From contig NW_026860290.1 of assembly GCF_026571515.1 (NCBI RefSeq), positions 124,001 to 188,000 on the forward strand: DNA of 64,000 nt, read 5' to 3'. Of the stretch, positions 1 through 11,000 are shown in pieces. Under the pieces are notes generated by a model, which saw only the letters and a list, made by a program, of their open reading frames with translations, did not search any database and was not told the DNA's origin. A program made the position numbers and the translations under genes. Positions within the stretch are counted from its first letter, which is position 1. The number at the start of each line of letters is the position of its first letter. The DNA comes from Ruditapes philippinarum (taxonomy: Eukaryota).

Positions 1-171
1 ATATTTTTGTCTATCATTCATAAAATTGCCTTAGCTACAAATTTGGCCTTTGATTTATAGTGTTCTCTCAAGTACAATAAGATGTCTGTGATTTATATTG
101 ATGGGTCTGCTGAAAAAACATCATGCCTTTTAGTTCTATCTCTGCAAATAATGTTTTACATACTTTTTCAG

Positions 172-1218
172 TGGAGAAGAACCCGATGGTGATAGCACCC
201 AGTGCAGCACATCTAGCAACAATGGTAACGGAATTTCAAATGATAGTGTTGAAATGAGGTATGTATTTATATTTATATGTATGGTCATGATCTTGATATG
301 TGTTTGTTGTTTTTGTTATTGTTTATTTATTTATTTATTTATCTATTTATTCATATACCGACACACCTATCCATTGAACTACCCAGCCACTTACCTCTCA
401 TTTATTGATTTATTTACATTATAATAAACTTTATTATCAGTTTCACATGATAACAAAAAATAATGTTTGAAAAATATTGACAAGTTATACGTTTGAATCA
501 GTTATTTGGATCAATAACAGTAACACATAAAACATGGTTTCATCAGTCAAACAATAGATGAACATAATTCAACTTTATCAACCCTTTGAAGTGGTAACAG
601 AGATAATTTATAAAACATAGCAAGCCAAACCAAAGAAAAGCATATTAAGTTGATAAATAGATTTGTCTTCAATGAAGAAAGGCATAAAAATGTGACAATG
701 TTTATCCTCTATTTTCAACGCATTTATGAAATTTTCATAATTATAACTATTTTAGGCTTAGTAACATGATGTTTTTATAAGATGGGAAAATTGAAAATCA
801 ATTATATTGTTGGGTATATTGTTTTCCCGGTGTGAATCACTTCTGTATTTTCATGCCATATGGGCGTTTTTCCGAAGAGAAAGTTCGGGGGAAAAAGTAA
901 GACACACAAAAGGCACCGTTTGTTGTGTTTTCGCCATTCCTCATCTTGAAAATAGACAGAAAGAAGGAAAAGTGTGACTACTTAGTTTTCGTTTTTGTAC
1001 TTGCAGGGCGGAGAGTGTAAAGTAGGAAAACATGAAAATGTGAAGATTCGTTGTGTTTTCGACTTTACAACTTTTCGACCCAATAGAACTTCCTCCCTGC
1101 CTAAAAAAAAACAAACAAATGAAAACATGCTTGTTTGGCATGTCATAAATATGTCATCGTCAACTTTTGATGCATTTTTTTCCATAGCAAATAATTGTTT
1201 CGTTTTAAAGAATATGAG

Positions 1219-1260
<42 letters not shown>

Positions 1261-4200
1261 TATATGCCTCAAATCAGTTGATAACAAATTTTAATAAGAG
1301 GTTCGATTCGACGTAAGTGTTCTTACATGTATGTTTGGACTTTCAATATAAGCTCGTCGGGAATCATTTGATGCAAAACATGTGTATTCTGTATAAGAAC
1401 GTTTACTTGTGCCAAAATATTTAAACAGTGAAAAAGGTTTTATCAAATAATGTGGTGTTACTTCGTTCGTTAATTTATCGAGTACATTTTGGTTCAACCG
1501 TAATTTTATCGTTATAATTTTGTTTTCTCCCTTACTAATCATGTCATTTCAGAACTTTAAACGCAGGACTGAGTGCTCCGGTTGAGACGAGTCGTCAACC
1601 TATGGATGACTATCATGGTGCTTGCAATAAGTAAGTTACGATATAAATTGTTTATTTTCAAAATAGCTTCATTTTATAGTTTCATGGACTTTAGTTATAA
1701 TAACATGTAAGTAATTAACCCAGTATTCATTTCCATAGTCGTAGCAAATGACAGGCTCACATATAGGAGAAATACACTAAAAGTTTTTTGACTATTGTAA
1801 TATTGTTTTCTGCTAGCAATGTTATCAATTATTCACAGAGAGGTAAAAGGAGACCAACAACAAAATTTGTAGATTATTGCACAATATAAGTCACTTTTAT
1901 GGATTTATTTGAAAATAATTTCAAATGGCGAGCATGGCGATCGAAAGTGTGAGCCCTGATTTATACATGTACAAGTATTAATGATTCAGATAGAATGGCA
2001 AACATCAACATCAATATTATTTATTTTTTCTTATTATAAAATAAATTAAATGTAAAATGATACGGGCATATATAATATATACTCTAATCACCTATTAGAT
2101 TTCTTTCTACTTGTAAGATAATAAATATTTTATTAAATTAATATGTGTTACGAACTCGTCACCATTAAATAATCTTCGGTAAACATGCGTTCTCGTTACT
2201 TATACACTTCATCGTCGGAACTCACAGGTATTAATTTGAGTGATTTCGCTGAACTATCAAGTGCATAGGTAACGAATATGTATGGGTTACCAAGGATGTA
2301 GTTCAGCTAAATCAGTACTTGTGAGCTCTGACGATGCATAAAATATCCTTTATCTCCCATTAATGTCAAACCCCTCGTGGGGACGTAGACATGACTTTAG
2401 ACTAGTCACTTCAGAGAAAGATATGAGGTACAAGGGAATCCCGGAACCAGTCCCTTACTCTTATTGAATTGACCCCTTGGTTCTTTTACATGCCCAGTGT
2501 ATAGCACTGATACATGCGAGGGTTACCTTGATTTCTTAACAGTACACAGCATGTGGTCTAACCAACTGAGCTATCGCGCCACCTTGTCCACTCCTGACTT
2601 GAGTTAATCCCGGGGCTCGAAATGAAAGCTAGACTTGTATACCATTAGACCTTTAAAAATTTAATTCACTTTGAAATGCGAACGTAATATAAAGTGATTT
2701 ACAGTATCTATATGCTGTCATGACGTCAATGTTTTGATTTGTTTTCAGTGAAAACCCGTCTAGTGAAATATAGCCAAGGTAACTTGTATCGTATTATTTT
2801 AGGTTTCAACAAATTCTTATTCACCTCCCGAAAAACTATGTAATCAGTGTTTTATAAACTATGTCATAAGTTTATAAACAAAAATATACATGTATAATTA
2901 TTATTCTCGTACTTGCCAGTTTAATCACAAAGCGACTTTGTTTATATGATATACAGCTTAATTCTTGCACATACAACCTTTCAAGTCTGTTTCTTCTAAA
3001 AATAATGTCTACAATTAAATTTCAAACTCAAAAGTGTATTAATGTTTACTGTATTCAATCAGAATTATTTAAACTGATATTATTTTACTGTTGGTCGACT
3101 TGATTGGGCTACTCCAGGTACTTTTTCTGAACCTTTTTTTATCTTCTAAATTCAATAAGTTGAAATTGTAAAGCTTCTAAAAGTAAGACATTTTAGCATG
3201 CCTTAGTAAACCAGTATGTCTGTGTCCATCAATAGGTGAGCACAGTTTCAACGCGCTTTATTTAAGTTTCAAAATCATCACCTGAGCAAGTGCTGCTTAA
3301 TTCATCATAAAAAGCCAATGTATTACAACTATTATTGTCCGTGGAAACAGCTGGTTTGACTCTTATTTATTCTATTGACTGACCGGCTGTATGCAATTAA
3401 TCGGAATTATGTAATTACTATGTAATAGCCCTAAATCATACTGAAGTGTCTTCGAAATGAAGTTGCTTCATACATAAATACTCCACTGGACAACGTTAAC
3501 TGTAGAATTAAAGTGACACCATGCTCATTTTTTCATTGTCAAGTTGAGCTTAATAAACAATATACATATATATTTCAAAAGATTGACTGTTATAATGGTG
3601 ATTACCCAACAGTTGATATTTGAAAATATTTAGGATAAAATTATTATTTAAATATGCATCTGCCTAAAATACAAAAAGACTACTTTTTTACTGCATGTAA
3701 ATTTCCATGGAAATTTGTAGAGATTAGTATTTTACTTTCACCTCTTTACTCACTACATATATTTGGATGGATATATGTCACTATCAAAATAACCCCTTTT
3801 TTAAAAAAAAAAGATAAAACAGATCTGATAATAACGTCGAACATTGCTTTAACATACCTCGGTAGTATACTCATTTCAATGATTAATTTCCTCATCAAGT
3901 GTTGTTATTCAAATATAAAGTATTATATATTTCAAATAAACATGTAATATGATTTTCTCACGGGTATCAAATTAGCGTTTCTGTTCTGCTTTAATACAGT
4001 ACTAACTTGCTATCATTTAACATACACGTTATTAATCATGATTGACCTAAGATATGAAATGAGATCATGACATTGTTAATGAACATAATTATTATGTGTT
4101 CATTTGTTTATAAAAAAATTTCTAAGAATTACTGTTAGGTACAGTAATTCAAAATTTTCATTCCAAATTTCAGCATATTTGACCATGAACTTATTTTATT

Positions 4201-4664
4201 TAGCTTTTTTTATTAAAAAAAAACACTTTCATTATGGAAGGTAATAACAAACCATCAAAAAATTTGAATGGATGATTTTGTTACGTATGCGATAAATATA
4301 TACCATGATATGACATGCCTTTATATAGCAAATAGTACAATTCATATAAATATCCATTCTTAACCTCTAAATTTCAATCAACATATGTTTTCAAGAAATA
4401 CTTGATGAGAATATCCTAATGACGCCTTTATATTGTTTGTTTTAACATTTTTCTATGGAAAATGTTCCTTTTGTAGACCAATTTACTCTATCATTTATTT
4501 AATTTTTGTTTATCAACAGTCCCATTTACAAAGATGCGAGTGCTAATCCGGTGGCGTATACAGATGCGAGTGGTGCTTATATTATTTTAGAGACCAATTT
4601 AGATAAACCACCGTTATCACCACCACCAGTATACAAGAAAAATCCGAAAAATGCATGGGAATAA
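172..4664 (+). CDS. 3' (cytoplasmic-tail) exons of the inverted paralog of the minus-strand Sushi/HYR/GCC receptor; 5' part lies left of the window
   Basis: AG/GT-bounded phase-2 exons 172-258 (GEEPDGDSTQCSTSSNNGNGISNDSVEM) and 1553-1630 (TLNAGLSAPVETSRQPMDDYHGACN), and terminal exon 4520-4664 (PIYKDASANPVAYTDASGAYIILETNLDKPPLSPPPVYKKNPKNAWE*). Optional exon 2749-2778. They align in reverse complement with exons 31385-31477, 29989-30066, 24127-24262 and 29360-29386. Frames are open and exon length differences are multiples of 3. Confidence 0.8.
2345..2580 (-). mobile_element. tRNA-derived SINE, internally deleted (Meta-SINE-like core), left arm only
   Basis: Minus strand begins ggcgcgatagctcagttggttaga (tRNA/A-box head). 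Core tcttttacatgcccagtgtatagcactgatac resembles the SINE at 53005-53288. Absent at the matching right-arm site (~29537). Confidence 0.6.
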
Positions 4665-5459
4665 CATCTGTATCCGATAAACGTTTAGCAAAGTACTCAC
4701 TGTTTATTCGAGCACCTACATGATCGTACCGGAAGTACTAGAAGTCAACTTCTATATCAATTTTGAATGCATAGAAGACATTCAGTGATATTTTGATAAC
4801 TCTGTGATATTTAAATTTATGTTGTTAATGTTAAATTTTATTTTGTTATTTTACATATTCTGGACAAACGTGATACTGATTTCTTACTAGTACATACATG
4901 TACACATTTTATCATAAAAGCAGTATATAAATTAAATGTCATCACTTTTTCATAAATTGTTCGTTTACAAATGCTAATTATCATATGTTTTAAATATGTA
5001 TTTATATATTTTTATATTTTTGTTGGTATCTTAACAATATTACATGTACTAACATACTAGTAAAGTAAGTTATACTACAAGCAGAAAAATAGTGCCCCTG
5101 TTACTAAATGTGTACAATGTATATTTTACTTCTAATGCTATATTATAACATATTGGATTTTTGTGAACCAAGCTTAATATTTGACTATTTAAAGGCTGCG
5201 CATTTATTATTTGTAAAAAACATGCATGTTATCTACAAAATTTTTTTACAATTTGTATGTGTCTATATATTGTTCACTGATAGTTAGCTTGACTATACGA
5301 AGTTTTTTTAGATCACATTCAATTCAGTGTCGTCGTTCGTTAAAGATTATTTTGCATGAAACGATATCTAACTATATTGTCTTTCTTACGTAACGAATGT
5401 ACTTCAAACATAAAAGTGTGCCTCTTACCATCACAAACATCAAATACTAGAATTATCCA

Positions 5460-6870
5460 TTGAAAAATATTACTATTTTGCACATTTTATATGTGTGTAC
5501 TTTTATAATTTTAAGACTTATCTTCCCCTTGATGATAGTATATCATACAAAATTGTTATTATTTTACACAAATATACATGTGTACTGTTACGAGCCAGGC
5601 GTAACGAGAAAGAAAAGCCAGCAACAAACTTGTAACAATAACAAATTTATTACAGAAAAATTATTAAAGAAAAATTAAATAACAAATTATCTTTACAAAT
5701 ACCTGAAGTCCAAATAAAAATGTAAATTACAAATGTCTAGTCTGATCCTGGAATGATCCATTTTGAATAGCACAGTTAAATCCAAGTTAAATCCAAGAAC
5801 ACTTTAGAATAAATTCCCACAATATAATCCACAAGAATAATTTTAACTATTTTAAAATAATCCAAGCTCTAATATATCACTTTATATCCAAGTTGAATAA
5901 TACTCCAAATATATTGATGACTTAAAAAGTAACTGATGACTTAAAAGATCACTGATGACTTAAAAGGTAATACGAAAGAAAAATGTCTCCTATATATATT
6001 AAGCTAAGAAGTTTCTAGAATAGTCTTCCATTTTCTACAGTAATCATAATCTAGCAACTTCAACAATAAAGATCATTCCGGAGATTTCTATCTAATTATA
6101 ATGCATGAGTTTTCTACAACAGTTAAGAAAGTTCTAGTACAAACATGTAGTTTATGTTCTAAAAAAAGAACAATGATTATATTGGAAATACCAACTGGTC
6201 AGACATAAACTATATACATGTAATATGTTGCATACATAACAGTACTTTATGATTTTCTTGAGTTATCTACCCCTTGACGGTTGTATTTCACACAAAATTG
6301 TTATTATTTTACACAAACATGCAAGTGTACTGTTATAATTTCAAAAGTAATCTAACCCTTGAAGATAATATTTCATACAAATGGTTATTAATTTACACGT
6401 TTTACATGTATTCTATTATACCTTTAAGAGTTATCTAATCCTTGAAGTAAGCATTTCCTTAAAAAAAATATAATTTCAAGAGTTATCTACCCCTTAAATA
6501 TAGTATTTTATACAAATTGTTATTCATTTACACAAATATACATGCATTGGGTACTTTAATAATTTAAAGAGTTATTTACACCTTGAAGGTAGTATTTCAT
6601 AGAAAAGTGTTACAATTTTACATGTACTTTTATGATTTGAAGAGTTATCTATCCTTACCCTTTGAAGTTAGTATTCACTAGAAAATTGTTACTTTTTTAC
6701 ACAAATCTTACATGTATTTTTATGATTTCAAGAGTTATCTACCCTTTGAAGATAGTATTCACTAGTAAATTGTTACTTTTTACACAAATCTTACATATAC
6801 ATTTATAATTTCAAGAGTTATCTATCCATTTGAAGAAAATGTTACATACAAATTTGTTATAAATATGCGT
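5460..6870. repeat. Degenerate ~80-bp AT-rich minisatellite, interrupted by a solo LTR
   Basis: Recurring unit ataatttcaagagttatctaccccttgaagatagtatttcatacaaaattgttattattttacacaaatatacatg. Mirrored at 22680-23350. Confidence 0.85.
5586..6241 (-). mobile_element. Solo LTR (656 bp, Gypsy-like), left arm only
   Basis: Termini TGTTA...TAACA. 4-bp TSD GTAC at 5582-5585 and 6242-6245. The right arm (~23228-23245) shows the empty site. A TATA-like run (~5991) precedes AATAAA (5646-5651) on the minus strand. Confidence 0.8.
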
Positions 6871-8005
6871 GTGTATTTAAGTAATTTAAACACTAAATCA
6901 TACTTATTGTTGTCAAAATGTCACCTAATAAGGGTCATAAATCTAGCACCTGTATTTCAGGAATTATGCCTTTAGAATCTGTTGTGTCTAAAATGATTAT
7001 ATTTGATTATTGTTGTAAAGATTTTATGACTTTTAGGAATTTTCGTTTAACCTGACATAGTTGGTATTAGTCTTCTCACACACCACATATTTCATTTTCT
7101 GTTTAAAGAAACAATCCATATCAACTTTCATGTTGTGTATTATTTTTTTACTCAATGAAGAAATTTCAGTCAATGTCTAATAAACATATATTTATGCGAT
7201 TAATATAATGTGGCCAACTCAATTTTTATTTCCTGATATTAATTACATATTTCTTATATTTTTCCATATTTCTAATTTCTTTTATCATCCAGAACTAGAA
7301 TATTTGAGTATGTCTTCTCCGGCACTTTCAGTGAATTTTGATGCATGTTTGATGTCTTTAACGCATTAAAAGAAAGCATTTTATTGAAATTTTACCATGT
7401 GACGCATTGAGAGGAATCGTATGTACATGTTTTTGTTTTTTGTTGTTTATTTTTATTAAAACTAAACTATCCAACGTGTTCCTTTCGTTTTGTTTGTTTT
7501 TTCTCTTAATAGTATGTTAAAAGGTGCTCCAATGAGGTACACTAAAATCAATTATGAAAAATGAAATAAAATGTTTTCATAAATCAAATGGGGCACTCTA
7601 AACAGAAAATAGGCATAATTTGTACTCAGAATAGATTTGGCAAAACAGTCAGAGGGAAGGCGAAGTAATTTTTTTAATCTTTGGCCGACCTTTAGGTTTG
7701 AGCTTGACTTTGAAAGAAACATCCTGTTCTTTTTGCGCTGTGTGCATCATCTTTTTATGACGAACCTTTTGTTCAAAGTGCTTTTAGTGCGTCTGCGAAA
7801 GAAGAGCTCGACGCCATTTTTATCCATCGCTTTTGCTCCACCGCCGACAGTTATGGCGAATATGAAGTGTCCTTAATTAAACCGAATCAGAAATGTTCAC
7901 ATTCCTTAGTATTATTTTACACGATCGTATACAATTAGGCATTGGCAGAGTGACAAAATTATTTCTTGAAAAGGTAAACTCATTTATTATTTCAAGAAAA
8001 AAGTT

Positions 8006-11000
8006 CTATTTTACACCATATCCGATTTCACAACCACCAGTGCACATAAGTTCTGCACCAGTTGTGAAAGTGGCGTCTGCTGCTAAAAATAGACATGCCA
8101 AACCTATTTCACGTGGCTCTCCAAATCGTCCAAGTTGCTAAATAAAAATAAAATGAAAATAACCTATTAGAATTCATATTCATAATTCGATTACAATATA
8201 ACTTTTAGCAAACTAAAAAAGTTATGTTATAAAAAAACAACATACTTATCTTTAACCACTGAAATTCAGACAGTTTCAATTTTCTAGGCTTACCCTAATG
8301 TTCAAACTTTACTTGTAAAAGTTTATAAAGCATTTGAACTAAGATCAGTTTTTTTAAGTGAAAACAACCTATTTTGATAGCATCGTCGTGGACCACCTTA
8401 ATTTTTCTAATCTGACGCGATAGCACGTTGCCAATGTGGCAATTGTTCAATTAAAATAGTGCGTAGCAACCAATAAGCTGCTGAGTATGAAACTGCATTA
8501 TTTTGATTAAAGAAAAAGAAAACAAAAGGTAACAAAATATAAAGTGGCTTAGAACTTTGTTTGACACAGTTATAGTCACACGGTGACCTACTGGTGCAGG
8601 AAGACCTCATAAGCAACTTTTTGAATGCATTATTTCAGACACTCAGTGAGTACTTTGGTGAACCACCGACCTTCCGCAAATCAACCGGATAGCTTTCACA
8701 AATGAAAGGTCCTGACGAGACCTTAATCACTCCGCTACTGAGTCTTTTGTAATTTATTTGTTACGTACCGACCAATTTTTCACTAATTTCCCCTTTTCTC
8801 CTTCTTGTTCTAACCAACTTTGAAGAAGTGGTGTATTTATTGGTCCTGGACATACCCTTTACAAATTGAAAATAATTTTGTTCATCGTTATCATCATCAT
8901 CATTCCACCATTAATATTAACATCAACAATACCAACAGCAGCATCTACAGCATCATCATAATTACCATCAACATTACCATCATAATCACAATCATCACCA
9001 CTACCATCCTCCTCATCATCATCATCAACACCACCTTCGTCTCCAACATTATCAACATCAACAACACCATCATCAGCAGCACAACCATCATCATCATCAC
9101 CATCAGTATCATCATCACAACCACTATCATCATCATTATCATTAAATTTTCTATTTTTTGTTTCTCCGACCTTATATTCTCTGTAAAGCTGCCAACACAT
9201 CCACTTTATTTCTATTTCCTTTAACATAAGTTTACGAGCCTGTCCAATGACATACATGTATGTATCTAGATCAGGCATCGTCTGACTTCACTTTACATGA
9301 TGGCATGCCAAAATTCTGTTTGGATTGTCCTGTTATGCTCAAAGATTTATAAAAAAATATATATTGATCAATAACATACATATATTAGCCGTCTGGTAAG
9401 CTCGATAATTAGAGCGTTAGACTATGAATCGGGCGACCCGGGTTCGATTCGCGGACGACACAGGTCGTTGTGATTGATCATGAAATCCTTTCTACAGTCA
9501 TTCGCACTGCAGCTCCGCTTTTGCGTGTACAAAAGTTTCAGTTCATTGCGAGAGTGTAGGCAACTAGTACTGGTAAATTGCTCGACAGCCTACCAAGAAA
9601 TGATGAAGTGGCAAAACTGTGCTCTGGTTAATTCATCGTGGCTTACTGCTGTGATCCGAAGTGAAAACTGCCAACACCACCACAAATAAAATGTGTACTT
9701 ACGCATTGACTCTGACACCATTCTTGGCTTCGTCTATAGCCAACGCTTTTGACAACGAGATAATAGCACCCTTAAAAGAGAAGAAAGCAACATGAAATGG
9801 TAATGCGTTTATGAGGATGTGTCTTTAATTCACCTTGAACAAAGTACTTTTAGATTTCATGTATATAAATTTATTATGTTCTTTCTATTTGAAAGACCCT
9901 TATTTTATTAAACTTGCAAAAAGGCAACAATAGGATTATTAAATGTCTTCAATTACATTATTATATTTATCTGTCTAAACAAGTATGAACTTTACGCAAG
10001 GCACAGTTTTAAGATATTTAGAATTACTAGTGTCTCTATTAATAAATCCATTTCGTGCCATTTGAAAATGCGAACGAAAAAGCACATGGGGTAAAATCCC
10101 TGTCCATTAAAGCTTTGAAGTTTCCATTTAATTGCAGGAATAAATAAAAATTGATACAAAACTAATTATCGATATAAAGTCGATGGATACCTTTGATGAA
10201 CAATAAGTTGGTGTTTCTGCCTGTGCATTTGTCCCACTAAAACTCGACATGTTAACTATACTGCCTTTAGTCTTCCGAAGATGAGGTAGAGCATACTTAA
10301 AGACGATATCCAATGACATGTCATAGACATTGAACAATAAAAAAGTTATAGTGAAGCTAAACACGAAAATATGTTCAGATCGAGCAATAATACAAAGTAC
10401 GCATAATGTAGCGATTGGGATTATGTCAGGAAATAATCATGGTCGGTTCTAAGAAGAATTGTAAAGGATAGAATGTCTCTTTTTTCTTAACAAATATGAA
10501 TAATGAAATGTTCCGGAAGAAAATATAACGTTACTTTTTAAAGATATTTTTATCGTTTCTTTCATAAAGGTTTTTATGAAGTGTTTCTTTTAAAAAGAAA
10601 TAACTAGAGACAGCAGATATACAGCTTTACTCATTGTAATGGTCGAAGCAGGAAACAGTTGCAACATAGAATGGTTCAGTAATTTAACATGTATGAATAT
10701 TGTGCGCCTTTACCTTAACATAAAATATACAAACATTTTTCTTTTATACAGATATTTCAGAGGTATTCCTTTTTTAAAATTCACAAAATATTTTTAAACT
10801 ACAAGCAGCAGAGACATTTCTATATAATATTTTCACGACTTTTTTACAAAGCAAAATATATTTTAAAATGTAAGCTCGATGAGTATAATTGTAAGGTATT
10901 TGTAAACATTTCATTACTTACCTTACTCATTGCAAACATGCTTACGACGTTAATATTAAGGATTTGTCGGAAACTGTCAACAGTTAGGTTGTCAATCAGA

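Larger units (their letters stand above)
1..10093. repeat. Left arm of large inverted segmental duplication (continues beyond window start)
   Basis: Collinear reverse-complement matches: 1-260 vs 31383-31650, 2950-3400 vs 28790-29230 and 25260-25286, 4020-5580 vs 23225-24690, 7170-10093 vs 19272-22270. Confidence 0.95.

Noticed and set aside
941-1294. ORFs with poly-K or poly-F
   Set aside because: Intronic poly-A run (1222-1256) that is much shorter in the other arm.
2771-2773. Programmed read-through or recoding of the micro-exon TAG
   Set aside because: Context TAG-CCA-A does not match the known UGA-CUAG or UAG-CAR-YYA signals; alternative splicing is simpler.
8820-9278. Ile/Thr-rich, Asp-rich and Met-rich ORFs on both strands
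   Set aside because: Products of a trinucleotide repeat inside HSD17B14 intron 7; not preserved in the mirror copy.
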